Below are positions 1-9,896 of a stretch of 64,000 nucleotides of DNA, in pieces (within the stretch, counting starts at the first letter, position 1; the number at the start of each line of letters is the position of its first letter). Position numbers and translations under genes: made by a program. Location of the stretch: the IMG/VR virus record IMGVR_UViG_3300037454_000941, positions 10,063 through 74,062 of that record; one strand, given 5' to 3'. The notes beneath the pieces are model-generated. The model had not been told where the DNA came from, did no database searches, and saw only the letters and a list, made by a program, of their open reading frames with translations. This stretch comes from a virus. Its lineage: Duplodnaviria; Heunggongvirae; Uroviricota; Caudoviricetes.

Positions 1-666
1 GAGGTAAACTACCTCGTTATCACCCTTCTTCGTAGTGGACCGGCAATGATAGTGGCCGCTGAACGTGTAACGGGCGGCGGTAAGGAACTTTGCCGGTTCA
101 AGCCCTGTATCAGAAAACTGCCCGGCCTCCATCAACATTCCCATCATGTCGAAGTGGCCCACGATTACAGTCTTGTCACGGAGGGCCTTCGGTTTCTTCG
201 ACATGGAGCTGAGCCACTTGCTGAATGCCGCCATGTTTTCCGGATTCACCGTGGGCATGGTAATCCATGGGACCAGCTGGAACTGAATGCCATCGATTTC
301 CACGGTGTTGACCATACTGTCAATATACACGGTCACGTTAGGAAGCAACCCGAGATACCGGATACTGGAAACCGCATTGGTGTTGTCATATAGGCAGTCG
401 TGGTTGCCCGCTATTATGTGAATGTTGTACTTCCCAAGGGTGTTCCCGAACAGGTTCATTGCGTAATTGAGCGCTTCCACGGTGACAAAGTTACGTACAC
501 TGAATATGTCGCCGGCAAAAATGACCGTTTTTACACCATGGGCATCCAACTTGTCCGGGAGTGCGTCAAGGTATCGTTTTTGGGCATCAACGACCTTATT
601 TTTGATCGACGGAATATCACACTTCGGTGACAGGTGAATATCGCCTATAATTGCAATCTTCGACAT
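1..666 (-). CDS. Recombination endonuclease subunit, T4 gp47/Mre11/SbcD-like metallophosphoesterase (runs off window start)
   Basis: Not in the ORF track. Manual translation from ATG 666 gives MSKIAIIGDIHL...FAGDIF...IAGNHD...VGHFD...FSGHYH, the calcineurin-like phosphoesterase motifs. The gp46 partner lies at 11419-13863. Confidence 0.9.
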   Translation of the reverse strand, partial: MSKIAIIGDIHLSPKCDIPSIKNKVVDAQKRYLDALPDKLDAHGVKTVIFAGDIFSVRNFVTVEALNYAMNLFGNTLGKYNIHIIAGNHDCLYDNTNAVSSIRYLGLLPNVTVYIDSMVNTVEIDGIQFQLVPWITMPTVNPENMAAFSKWLSSMSKKPKALRDKTVIVGHFDMMGMLMEAGQFSDTGLEPAKFLTAARYTFSGHYHCRSTTKKGDNEVVYL

Positions 667-700
667 AAAAAATTCCTCTTTATAGAGGAATATAGTAAAA

Positions 701-1504
701 TTATTCAGGATTGGCTGCAATCTCTCCAGAATTAGTCATATTTCGCTGGCGGGCATCAACCTCTTCCCTCAAATTTTCCTCAATTTCGGCATCCCGTTCT
801 TTTCCCCATTCGCGAATGAGTGCGATAGTCTCCTGCGGGGTCATGGTCCTGCCCTTGACCTTCGACAGGGGATCGCTGGGGTCGCAGTCATCACCGCCGG
901 CGCCACCGTCACCGGAACCATTTGCCCCGGCAAGTTGTAGCTTGGCCAATTCTTCCTCTTGCCTCAAGGTGACAAGCATCTTGGTCAAGTCAGCCACCCC
1001 CTTCGAAACGGTCTTGTACATGTTGGCGGCAGCCGCCCAGTTCTCGTCACTCGGGGTGTACATGCCGCGGATCTGTTCATCCAGGGTCTTGAGCCACCGG
1101 TCAGCCATTTCCAGATTCTTGAACGCAATCTCACGCAGCCTGGCTCGGTCATTAGCGAGGTCGTTCATGTCGAATTTTGGCACGGGAAGCACCCCGTTAA
1201 TCTGTTCCTTGCTCTCGATTATCGATAGCTGGCTCTTGACATCCTTGACCGACTGTACGACCGCTTTCGTGGTTTCCTTTGCCGCACGGATGCCTTCCTT
1301 TGTGGAGCCAAATGGAAGACCTAGCTTGTCCTCTATCCCCGCAAATGCGTTATGTTTAATTTCCTCGTCAACGGCAACCTGCGGTTCGTCCGGTGCAGGC
1401 GGAGGCGGGGTCGTGGCAAGGTTGACATCCATACCAAACAGATCGTCTCCTGAATCGAGAGGTTCCGCACTGTCGAGGGGTTCTGCGCTGATAAACCCGC
1501 TCAT
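701..1504 (-). CDS. Hypothetical coiled-coil protein, possibly small terminase subunit (gp16-like)
   Basis: 267 aa. The central helical segment (DLANDRARLRE...AAANMYKTVSKGVADLTKML) loosely resembles the T4-like gp16 oligomerisation helices; no diagnostic motif. Confidence 0.35.
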   Translation of the reverse strand: MSGFISAEPLDSAEPLDSGDDLFGMDVNLATTPPPPAPDEPQVAVDEEIKHNAFAGIEDKLGLPFGSTKEGIRAAKETTKAVVQSVKDVKSQLSIIESKEQINGVLPVPKFDMNDLANDRARLREIAFKNLEMADRWLKTLDEQIRGMYTPSDENWAAAANMYKTVSKGVADLTKMLVTLRQEEELAKLQLAGANGSGDGGAGGDDCDPSDPLSKVKGRTMTPQETIALIREWGKERDAEIEENLREEVDARQRNMTNSGEIAANPE

Positions 1505-1776
1505 CCGAACACTCCCGGGTTGACTGGAATGTCCAAGTGGTTGATGCGGCGTTCGGTCGGCACCCCATCAAGGGTTTCCTCGACCGGGGGCTCGGGAACC
1601 CAGCGATCAAACGGGATTCCCTCCCCACATTCTTCGGGACCGGGCGCACTTCCGTCAATTACTTCCTCAATGACCTTCCGGCCATCGCCCGGGTTGAGTT
1701 CGGTGCATACCCCGGAAAGCACCTTGGAAGATTTTTCTGGGCAGACATGCCCCAAGATCGCATTAGGTGTTGTCAT
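1501..1776 (-). CDS. Hypothetical protein
   Basis: 91 aa ORF overlapping both neighbours in an operon-like arrangement. Confidence 0.5.
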   Translation of the reverse strand: MTTPNAILGHVCPEKSSKVLSGVCTELNPGDGRKVIEEVIDGSAPGPEECGEGIPFDRWVPEPPVEETLDGVPTERRINHLDIPVNPGVFG

Positions 1777-2206
1777 CGCGCAATTTCTCCTTCTGTTCCT
1801 TTAATTTACCGTCCAGTCTACGTAACATGTCGCGCAACCTAGAAAGATGTTCCGCCCCACGATCAATATTGGCCCGCATGCGTTTTTTCCCATTTTCGGT
1901 CTTAGCTCGCGGAAGACGTTGTTTCATGCGTTCAATTTCGGCCACCGTATGTTTGATGGACGAGTCATATTTACGGTGCCACCAGGTACCGGTCGAGTAA
2001 AACTCGGATACCGTCTTGCCCGAGGCCCAATCGTGATACGATACCCCCGGATTGTTCCATAGGAACGGGAACAAATCGTCAAGGGAACCAATGGGCACCT
2101 CCTTGCCACGAAGCAGGATCACGTTCTTCTCGGTATCATACTCTTCCAAGAGCGTGCCATATGCGCACTTGCCGAGATCATCGTAGCTTTTGAGGTTAAA
2201 CTTCAT
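1763..2206 (-). CDS. Hypothetical protein
   Basis: 147 aa, ATG start directly after uvsY, basic coiled-coil C-terminus. Confidence 0.65.
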   Translation of the reverse strand: MKFNLKSYDDLGKCAYGTLLEEYDTEKNVILLRGKEVPIGSLDDLFPFLWNNPGVSYHDWASGKTVSEFYSTGTWWHRKYDSSIKHTVAEIERMKQRLPRAKTENGKKRMRANIDRGAEHLSRLRDMLRRLDGKLKEQKEKLRDDNT

Positions 2207-2214
2207 TGCGGCCC

Positions 2215-2730
2215 CTATACGATAATCTGCCCAATTTCCTGGCCAAAATTATGCACCTTCACCAAAACATCCGCGTTGCGGGCGAAATATCGCACCTGTT
2301 CCTGCTGTTCCGCCAGGAACTGTATATATTGTTCTTGGCACTCTATGCGCTCCTTTTCCGCGGCCAGGTCCGGATCTCCATTCACGAGGACATCCTTTTC
2401 CTTATCGGTTGGCATCCATCCCCGTTTTTTATCGTGGTGAAGCCGATCGATTACCTGAGCCCGATGGATATCATAGGCCTTCTTCATCTCGTTCAAGCGA
2501 AACCGGTTGCGGAGCACTATGATACCGATCTTGGTACCCGCCTCGCCCATACAGTAAGCCGCATTGTAGTAAACCAGGTTCGTATCGACCTCCCATGTCC
2601 CATCGGGTTTGGGCTTCATGGTGGCCATGGTTGCCCTGAGCCAATTGCGCAGGTTTTTCAGCTGCTGATCCAGCGAAAGGTCTTCGGAACCTATGAGTTC
2701 GGCAATCACTTCTTCGTCAGTAAAAATCAT
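2215..2730 (-). CDS. uvsY: Recombination mediator UvsY-like
   Basis: 171 aa helical protein with KEKDVLVNGDPDLAAEKERIECQEQYIQFL, matching the T4 UvsY pattern; GGAG RBS upstream. Confidence 0.7.
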   Translation of the reverse strand: MIFTDEEVIAELIGSEDLSLDQQLKNLRNWLRATMATMKPKPDGTWEVDTNLVYYNAAYCMGEAGTKIGIIVLRNRFRLNEMKKAYDIHRAQVIDRLHHDKKRGWMPTDKEKDVLVNGDPDLAAEKERIECQEQYIQFLAEQQEQVRYFARNADVLVKVHNFGQEIGQIIV

Positions 2731-2777
2731 AATATCTCCGCCTTAAAAAATACATTATTTCGGCCCAACATGCAATA

Positions 2778-2799
2778 GGGGGTTCCCGAAGGAACCCCC
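2778..2799 (-). terminator. Hairpin after tail tube gene (UUCG loop on minus strand)
   Basis: gggggttcc-cgaa-ggaaccccc, 9-bp perfect stem; U-tract is weak. Confidence 0.6.
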
Positions 2800-2822
2800 G
2801 AATAGACTACCCGAAGCCCCGG

Positions 2823-3545
2823 TTACACCTTGCTGTGGTAACCGCCCGGGAACCAGATGTTCCAGCGGTCGTAACGCAGCGTGAAATCGAACTTCTGCAA
2901 CTTGGCCTGCTCGTAGTTGAAATTGGATATTTCACCCACTTCCTTCGGCCAGGCGTTGATGTAACGGATGGCCATGATGACCTCACCATACATCCAGTCG
3001 TAAAGTTCAAGGGTCACATTCTGGTTACGCAGAAGTATAGCCGTCTGGTTACTGTAGTTTTCCTGCTGGCCAAGGCCAAGCTGGATTGCATTCGTCCCCT
3101 CGGCGATTCGGTTACTGCCCGCGTTGGTATCACCCTTGCCATCGGCATTCAAGATACCGGTGTTGAGGCAGCACTGGTTCCAGCCAACCACCGTCTCGTA
3201 GGCGGTGCCATTCTCCAAAAGGAGCGCAGTGAGCTTAGCGGTACCAGCGAGGCCTTCCTGCTGCACGGGGTAGTATTTGTCGAACCCCATGTAATGGATG
3301 GCCTCATCCTTCGTCTTGATTGCCGGGATAGGCGGAGCCCCGACGATGTGCAGCGAGAAGTTCTTCTGGCTCTCGAAGTCCTTCCCAAAGCTGACACCGT
3401 TCGTCGGCTCAATGCCGATTGCACGGAAAATATCCTGATCGACACAGAAACGCCAACGGGTGCTACGCACCGGATCGGCGAGGTTGTCTATGTTACCGGC
3501 CCAGAAGACCTTATCAATATCGGGTGCAGTGCGACTTGTACTCAT
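2823..3545 (-). CDS. Tail tube protein (T4 gp19-like)
   Basis: Directly downstream of the sheath gene; C-terminal YINAWPKEVGEISNFNYEQAKLQKFDFTLRYDRW is typical of tube proteins. Confidence 0.85.
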   Translation of the reverse strand: MSTSRTAPDIDKVFWAGNIDNLADPVRSTRWRFCVDQDIFRAIGIEPTNGVSFGKDFESQKNFSLHIVGAPPIPAIKTKDEAIHYMGFDKYYPVQQEGLAGTAKLTALLLENGTAYETVVGWNQCCLNTGILNADGKGDTNAGSNRIAEGTNAIQLGLGQQENYSNQTAILLRNQNVTLELYDWMYGEVIMAIRYINAWPKEVGEISNFNYEQAKLQKFDFTLRYDRWNIWFPGGYHSKV

Positions 3546-3558
3546 AGTTTAACCTCCT

Positions 3559-6500
3559 TTACACGTTACCGATGGTGATTGTGTTCCCAGCACTGGTCGA
3601 AAGGACCTGAGTCCTGAGGTGGATGTAGCGGCTCGTCTTGGTCGGCTTGAGCTTTAAGTCAACGATGAGCTTGTTCTGGTCGATGATGTCCGGCGTGTTG
3701 TTACTGTCATCGCAAATCACCTTCGCATCATAGAAACCGGCTGGTTTGCTATCACGAATCATGTTCAGTTTGGCCTGCAAGTCGCTGCTGATCGTCGAAC
3801 GGAGAGCAGCGGTGTTGAGCTTGAACACCTTCTTGTCCAAATACTTGTAGAACATCTTGTGAACACCCGCGATAAGCATCGCCACATGGATCTGGTTGAA
3901 CGCAGTGTCTTCCATCTGCAATGTGAAGTCACCCCAACAGAAGATTCCATCTTCCGGAGTGCGGAACGGGTTGATATGGGCATCGCTAAGGCGAGCTATA
4001 TCAGAAGTAGGATCTTCCGGGACGATGAACGAACGCTCGTACTTGACACGGGTGCACCATGCAGTCGGAACGATACCGGTATCCATGCCGGCGGGCGGGA
4101 ACCAGAATACGGAGCCACTGCGGTTTGCCGTGATGAGCGCGGCCATGGTGACGGACGGCGCCAATTCAACTTCACGGTGAGTGATTGTCGTGTCACGGAA
4201 GTATGGACGTGCGTCATAAATGGCGCCCCAGCGACCAAGACTTGGCGGGAACTGCACGGAGTTTTTCTTGAGCGCCATTTCTATGTCGCGTTCGGCAACC
4301 CCGTCGAACAGCGCGAAGCAGTCCTTACGCGCTTCACAAATGGTCAAGATGGCCTGCATGACAGTCGTGTCCAACATCTCGCGTTTCGGCATACCGAAGT
4401 TAGCGATTGCGTTTGCCGTCGACATGATGAATGTCTGATCAGCCTTATCCTTGTCAAGGAACAAGTTGTAGGCGTTTGCCAACGTGGACGAATTGCGGTT
4501 GTTGGCCGGATCGTATGTCCAAATCGCATTCCACTTCACTGCAGGGTCATTCGTGTTGAATGAAACCGCGGTGACAGCGGAGCTCGGAACGCCGCCCAAA
4601 ATGCTCTCGGAGAGGTCCCATGCCTCGTCTTCGAGGAATGCATCGAGAATGCCCGATTCATTCAAAACGAACTTGAGACCGGTTCCGGAGAACTCGGACG
4701 CGGCGGTGTCGCCGATGAAGAGCTGGTTACCGTTGTGGACGTACTCCACGATGGTACCATCGAACGTGTACGTATGTCCGTTGAACCTGTAGGTACATGC
4801 AAGGTACAGACGGGCGACCGCTTCGCCATCATCCGTCAAGTCATACACCTTCTCGGTAACGCCGGTGAAATTGATGTCCTCATAACGGACGTTCGCAAGG
4901 CCGAGCCCGACGAAGTTTGCGCCAATTTCAGAATCGCGGAGCACCTTTTCGGAACGGAACAGAAGTGCACTGTTTCCGTTGGCGGCCTGGAAAGTAAACG
5001 GCGCCGAATCGCCAACGATGTTGTTGTCGCTGTCGATTACCGGCAGGTCAACGAGCTGGTACGTGCTGTTCACTGTAACATCATAGTTGCCTACGAGATA
5101 CAGGTCAACGGCTACGGTTTCCGTCTGCACCTGTATCGTCAACGTATCTGCGTCAGCGGTTCCGGCAACAGTGTAGACGTATTCACTGGAACCAGGAACC
5201 TGTTCGACCTTTATGATAGATGTCTGCGTATCGTCAATTTTAACCGGCGTGCCGTTGGGGTAGATGTTCTCCGACTGGAAACCAATCGTCCTCGGGGTGC
5301 CACTGACCGATGCAGTCACCGTATCCCACCCAATGTCAACCGTGACGTTTCCGTAGGCGGTCTTGTTGGTCGACGAAAGGTTCAAAAGCTGCAAGGAGTA
5401 TGCGTCGCTGAGAGCGCTAACGAAACTTGCGGATACCGGATCCTTGATCGTCACGGTGTTGTTGAACCCATTTATATCGGTCACCGTAGAGATCATGAGG
5501 ATATTATCCGTATCCAAGGATACGTTCCCGCCGGTCGCTTCCTGCGTGCCGGCGCCGCGCACGATCGCGACCGTATTGCCAACCGCATAGTCAAATGCGC
5601 TACCGGCGGCGACCTTCAGTACCTTGGTAGTACCAGCCGCAAAGTCACCCGGCACCATATCGATGTCGTTCGCGATGACATTTGCCGTGTAATTCAACGG
5701 GGCGCTGCGGAATGCCTTCACAAGAGCGTCGCGGAACCTGGTCGCATAAGCGGACTTAGATTCATTTTCGGCCTTTGTCGGGACAATGAACTTAACGCAG
5801 TCATAGTAAGTGGACCAGTCTGCAACCGGGTTACGGACAGTCACGTCGCCCGTTATACCGACCCGAGCCTGGGCATCGAATATAGCCGCATCGGCTTCGC
5901 TCACGTATGCATTGCCGTTGGCATAATTGAACTTGCCACTGTACACGGTGTCCTCAAATGTCCATTCCAGAGTCAATTCATCACCGTCGAGCAGGCAATC
6001 CTCGAGATCACCCAACGCAACCGGGTCCGTGCCCTTGTGAACGTTGGTAAACAAGCCAGAAATGGGTTCCGGGAAATTATCGTTGGCAACACGGACATAT
6101 ACCGGCTTGTCTCCCTGGTCCTTCGCGATGAAATACTCGCCATTGCGCACGACGCTGTGGAGCTTTTCGATTCCATCGTCATCTATACGGAGGGACGAGA
6201 AGAGCTTCGCTCCTCGACCGGTTACTGCAGTCCGAACGGTGAGATAGTCCGAGTCGGTATCGCCGATGACATTATCGGGTGCAAAAATCAGCTTGGATGT
6301 CGGACGGTAACCGTGATTGATAGCGTCAATCGTTTCCTGGCCATCGGCAACCAATTCAACTTCCTTCTCATTGATTCCGCTCACAATGAACTTGGCCAGT
6401 GTCTTGGAAACGGTGTCCGCTGGACTGTATACGCAATCGCCAACAATGAACCCAGGCTTGGTGGCCAGGGTGGTGATGAACGAATTGTTAACCCCGTCAC

Positions 6501-7152
6501 GCTTGTCGTTCACGGTGCCGATGATGTCATAGGTAGACATCGCCCTGCGAGCGGAGCTCGGGTCAGCGTTCATGATGGCGAAGAGGACTGCATCGGTTTC
6601 GCTCCTGGACTTGCTGCTGGTATTGAACTCCTCGTTCGCGAACACGCTGAATTCAGTGTTCGAACCGTATTTGACAGTCTCCGCGATGTTATTGATCTTG
6701 CGCGTCACGCCGTATTCGGCTGCGCCGTCTGCCTTGTAGCGGGTAGCGGCGAAGTATTCAATGTTGAAGGAATTGCGCTTGGCAGGATCGGTCTGCATTG
6801 CGGCCATCCGGTCAAAGCTCACGACGAAACAGTCCGTCTTAAGATCGCGCTTGTACGGGTTGCTGGTGTCAATTTCTTCCCCATACGGGCGAACGAACTG
6901 CACGTGACCACCGAAGCCGAGTACCGCCCTGGCACCATACATGCCCTGGTTGTACTTCCAGTTGTTAAATCCGATGCCGAAGATATCGTCCTGCTCAGCC
7001 GTACTGGTGAGCTTAACGATCTTGTTCAGCTCACCTTGTGGCGCGAATCCCACGATAGCCGCGATTGCCCTCGGATTCTCGATCACGGTGTACTGGGAGC
7101 TATCTTCGAGTTCAGTACGAACTCCCGCCGCCCCTTTCTTGGTAGTAGCCAT
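3559..7152 (-). CDS. Contractile tail sheath protein (T4 gp18-like) with large internal insertion
   Basis: N-terminal GVRTELEDSS...IAAIVGFAPQGELNK; C-terminal RKDCFA, WFPPAG, INPF, VICDDSNNTPDIIDQNKLIVDLKLKPTKT; 1197 aa. Confidence 0.92.
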   Translation of the reverse strand: MATTKKGAAGVRTELEDSSQYTVIENPRAIAAIVGFAPQGELNKIVKLTSTAEQDDIFGIGFNNWKYNQGMYGARAVLGFGGHVQFVRPYGEEIDTSNPYKRDLKTDCFVVSFDRMAAMQTDPAKRNSFNIEYFAATRYKADGAAEYGVTRKINNIAETVKYGSNTEFSVFANEEFNTSSKSRSETDAVLFAIMNADPSSARRAMSTYDIIGTVNDKRDGVNNSFITTLATKPGFIVGDCVYSPADTVSKTLAKFIVSGINEKEVELVADGQETIDAINHGYRPTSKLIFAPDNVIGDTDSDYLTVRTAVTGRGAKLFSSLRIDDDGIEKLHSVVRNGEYFIAKDQGDKPVYVRVANDNFPEPISGLFTNVHKGTDPVALGDLEDCLLDGDELTLEWTFEDTVYSGKFNYANGNAYVSEADAAIFDAQARVGITGDVTVRNPVADWSTYYDCVKFIVPTKAENESKSAYATRFRDALVKAFRSAPLNYTANVIANDIDMVPGDFAAGTTKVLKVAAGSAFDYAVGNTVAIVRGAGTQEATGGNVSLDTDNILMISTVTDINGFNNTVTIKDPVSASFVSALSDAYSLQLLNLSSTNKTAYGNVTVDIGWDTVTASVSGTPRTIGFQSENIYPNGTPVKIDDTQTSIIKVEQVPGSSEYVYTVAGTADADTLTIQVQTETVAVDLYLVGNYDVTVNSTYQLVDLPVIDSDNNIVGDSAPFTFQAANGNSALLFRSEKVLRDSEIGANFVGLGLANVRYEDINFTGVTEKVYDLTDDGEAVARLYLACTYRFNGHTYTFDGTIVEYVHNGNQLFIGDTAASEFSGTGLKFVLNESGILDAFLEDEAWDLSESILGGVPSSAVTAVSFNTNDPAVKWNAIWTYDPANNRNSSTLANAYNLFLDKDKADQTFIMSTANAIANFGMPKREMLDTTVMQAILTICEARKDCFALFDGVAERDIEMALKKNSVQFPPSLGRWGAIYDARPYFRDTTITHREVELAPSVTMAALITANRSGSVFWFPPAGMDTGIVPTAWCTRVKYERSFIVPEDPTSDIARLSDAHINPFRTPEDGIFCWGDFTLQMEDTAFNQIHVAMLIAGVHKMFYKYLDKKVFKLNTAALRSTISSDLQAKLNMIRDSKPAGFYDAKVICDDSNNTPDIIDQNKLIVDLKLKPTKTSRYIHLRTQVLSTSAGNTITIGNV

Positions 7153-7187
7153 GGAAAAACCTCACGGTTGTTGCGTTTCTAGCGGGA

Positions 7188-7243
7188 AGTTTATGGGGTG
7201 TCCAAATTTTTTTCAGGATTCTGACGCAAAAATGGTATAAACT
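7188..7243. promoter_or_regulatory. Divergent pair of late-promoter-like boxes: CATAAACT on minus (7188-7195) and TATAAACT on plus (7236-7243)
   Basis: The same octamer recurs before orphan and structural genes at 9882, 24971, 30433(-), 34107(-), 34327, 42671(-), 45248, 56713 and 62567. It resembles the T4 late promoter TATAAATA. Confidence 0.65.
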
Positions 7244-7264
7244 TGATGAAAATCCGAGGGCCGT

Positions 7265-8116
7265 ATGGACAAAAGAGCCATAAATATCCAGTTGAACATG
7301 CTAAAAGACCGCAACCCGGGACAGGCGGCACTCATTGAGGGTGTCCAGGCGCTGTTCAACAAGAAAGTTGAAGTGGCCACACCGGAGCAAAAGAAGTCAC
7401 TGCTCATGTTCCCCATGCAGTATGCCGCATACCGGATCAATGACAGGAATTCCGCCGAATGGACCACCCAGTTGCACCGTTGGGCCGACAATCTGCTCGA
7501 TACGCTCCTATTGATTGATCCAATCTACCTCACGACACGGGATTCCGCCGGGGACACGGTACTCCATCGGCTCATTAAGGCCGCCGTGGGAGAATATACC
7601 GAACAGGTGGATTACGACTTCATCCAGAAGATACTCGATAAAGATATGGGATTTGTTGCATTGCAAATGCCGTTTGACAATGCTGGTGCCACGGCGGGCA
7701 ATGCGTGGATGATGAAGGACATTGACGGGAACACCCCGATGGACTTGTTGGCCGAGTTCGCCATGGGTATGCCGGCAGCCGGCATGCCCGCCGATGACCG
7801 GCTAATCATAATGCTAAATGAATTCTGCAACCGGCCCGAGCCGGAGATTGACGTTGGGCATGGTGTCGTACCGGCACCGGACCCAACCGAAGGCAACCCG
7901 GAAAACCCGGAGGCGCCCCCAAAAGCTGCCCCAGCCGGAACACGAACGTCTCCAGACGCCGAACCAGTTGTGACTGAACCGGACCCCCAGGTCGGAGCCG
8001 AGAACGAAAAGAAGCCGGAAGATCCAAAGCATCATCCGGCACCCGAGGACAGGCCACAATCCGCCATCCCCTCAAAGGTCAGCAAGTCACTTCTTGAGAC
8101 TCTCCTCAGACTTTAA
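7265..8116 (+). CDS. Ankyrin-repeat-like protein with Pro/Glu-rich tail
   Basis: Two ankyrin-type signatures, RDSAGDTVLHRLIKAA and KDIDGNTPMDLLAE; late-like box 21 nt upstream. Confidence 0.55.
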   Translation: MDKRAINIQLNMLKDRNPGQAALIEGVQALFNKKVEVATPEQKKSLLMFPMQYAAYRINDRNSAEWTTQLHRWADNLLDTLLLIDPIYLTTRDSAGDTVLHRLIKAAVGEYTEQVDYDFIQKILDKDMGFVALQMPFDNAGATAGNAWMMKDIDGNTPMDLLAEFAMGMPAAGMPADDRLIIMLNEFCNRPEPEIDVGHGVVPAPDPTEGNPENPEAPPKAAPAGTRTSPDAEPVVTEPDPQVGAENEKKPEDPKHHPAPEDRPQSAIPSKVSKSLLETLLRL

Positions 8117-8296
8117 TGAATCGAAATCGGCCTTCACCCGGCTGAACATGCCCGATAGGCCTGAATCGTCATAGAACATATTGGCCGCGATTTCGTTATC
8201 CGTCGCGGTGCCCCGAAAACCCGCATCCAGCATCCTGAGCGCGGTGGCCTCGTCGACCCCGAACATATCACAGATTTCCTTTGTGCATGGAGTCAT
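8087..8296 (-). CDS. Hypothetical protein
   Basis: 69 aa, ATGA-coupled to the upstream gp62-like gene. Confidence 0.55.
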   Translation of the reverse strand: MTPCTKEICDMFGVDEATALRMLDAGFRGTATDNEIAANMFYDDSGLSGMFSRVKADFDSLKSEESLKK

Positions 8297-8760
8297 TTCT
8301 GTCTTGCCTTTCGCTTCATCTGGCGCTCTTCCGAACGCATCCGTTCGGCCAGTTTTTCCGGTTCATACCTACGCATGTATACTTCCTCTATTCGGTCCTT
8401 GTCGACAAATCCGAACCTAAGCGCAGTCTTGACACAATTCCTGGACATCCCGGTAACCTGCATCATGTGATTAATGAAATCTTCCTTTTCACGAATCACC
8501 TCAGTCTTCGCTCGGCACCACCTCAGATTCAAATTCATCCCATTGAACGTATTGAACGCCCTGGCTTGTAAGTCTTTCGGCAGTTTCTGTGCCTGCAAGT
8601 CGTTCAACACGGTGACATACTTTCGTGCGCGAAGGTCCATCGACAGGTTACGGCAAGTATTGAACATCTGGAAATCCCGGCAATCGGCCTCGGTGACCTG
8701 ATTGCCCGCCTGACGTTCATTCATGAATCTGAATGGGTCGAATTTCCAGCTACTGGCCAT
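8293..8760 (-). CDS. Clamp loader small subunit (T4 gp62-like)
   Basis: Immediately follows the gp44-like gene; FDPFRFMN...FQMFNTCRNLSM pattern and size; start taken at ATG 8760. Confidence 0.65.
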   Translation of the reverse strand: MASSWKFDPFRFMNERQAGNQVTEADCRDFQMFNTCRNLSMDLRARKYVTVLNDLQAQKLPKDLQARAFNTFNGMNLNLRWCRAKTEVIREKEDFINHMMQVTGMSRNCVKTALRFGFVDKDRIEEVYMRRYEPEKLAERMRSEERQMKRKARQK

Positions 8761-9853
8761 TGCCACCCCCCGGAACACCCGGTGCCTGTGGAGGCGGGTT
8801 TACCGGCTGCTTAGGCAATGGCGCACTGGGTATCTGGAATGCATTCAGCACGTCAACGAGGTCGGCCAGGAATCCCATCAGCATGCTTTCCTGGTCAACC
8901 TGTCCCTGCGAATCACGAAGTCCATCCCTGGTCAGCTTGAACAACGCAAAGTCCATGCTTGGCGGAAGACGGTCCATAAGGTACCTTGTCAACGGAATGT
9001 AGACACCCAGGTGATTGTCCACGTTTTGCGATATGTAATACCTCAGACCCCTCGAATCACGGGTTACCAGGTACCCGGCAATGATCTCGATCATCTGGTC
9101 CGTGATTACTCGCGGAACACCGACGATGTTGCCATTGTTCTCATAGAACGTATTCTGCATGGTGGAAATCATGAGACGGATGTCTGGATAACACGCCCTG
9201 GCGATTTCACATATGGTATTCTTTTCCACCTGCCCGCCATGTCCCTTGGTTTCTTCCTGGGCAATGAACATCAGCTTGTTGAGGATCTGCAACTTGAATT
9301 CACGGTCCTGCACGGGATGGTCAAACTTAATCGGGTAGCACCTGGACTGTACTGCCTTAGGAACGCGCCACAACTCGTTACAGGTCATGATGAAGCGCAA
9401 CCTGGATGCAGTCGCTTCAACCTCGGCCTGAATTCCGCGCCAGAAATCCTCGGGGTTATTCGGGTGGTCGCATTCATCGATAACGAAGAAGTATGGGCGC
9501 CCGTTGGTCTTCATCGTGGAGTACCGGTTTATGAGATCCAGTATTTCTCCGGAACTCTTGGGAGGCACCCACACGCTGCGTGCGCCGAGCATTCCCGGGA
9601 TTGCCCGGGCCAGCGAAGACTTGCCGGTGCCGGGATGGCCCGAATGAAAGATATAGTTGCCTATACCACCCATGGTGATGGCATTCTTGATGGTGTTCTT
9701 AAGACCCGTGGGAAGTACGATCAACCTCTTCAAATCAGTGGTCTCGATCAGGTCGCCCCGATACTTCTCGGTCCAATAAAGGTCGCCGAGATTGTTCGTG
9801 GTCTCGGCATTTGGTTCGCCGGTAATAGCACCGGAAATCATGTCAATAGCCAT
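8750..9853 (-). CDS. Clamp loader AAA+ ATPase (T4 gp44/RFC-like)
   Basis: WTEKYR, Walker A GHPGTGKS, Walker B VIDECD, SRC motif; start at ATG 9853 (GAGG upstream). Confidence 0.93.
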   Translation of the reverse strand: MAIDMISGAITGEPNAETTNNLGDLYWTEKYRGDLIETTDLKRLIVLPTGLKNTIKNAITMGGIGNYIFHSGHPGTGKSSLARAIPGMLGARSVWVPPKSSGEILDLINRYSTMKTNGRPYFFVIDECDHPNNPEDFWRGIQAEVEATASRLRFIMTCNELWRVPKAVQSRCYPIKFDHPVQDREFKLQILNKLMFIAQEETKGHGGQVEKNTICEIARACYPDIRLMISTMQNTFYENNGNIVGVPRVITDQMIEIIAGYLVTRDSRGLRYYISQNVDNHLGVYIPLTRYLMDRLPPSMDFALFKLTRDGLRDSQGQVDQESMLMGFLADLVDVLNAFQIPSAPLPKQPVNPPPQAPGVPGGGNGQ

Positions 9854-9896
9854 ATATTGTTTCCTCAAAGGGAAATATAGCAATAAACTGGCTAGT

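Noticed and set aside
1452-1490. SAEPLD-SAEPLD 18-nt duplication
   Set aside because: Short duplication in a disordered N-terminus with no evident significance
4735-7182. 815-aa plus-strand ORF and other long antisense ORFs (8723-9880, 12380-13498, 38907-40697, 57778-58809)
   Set aside because: Shadow frames opposite well-supported genes, expected from codon bias; no motifs or RBS
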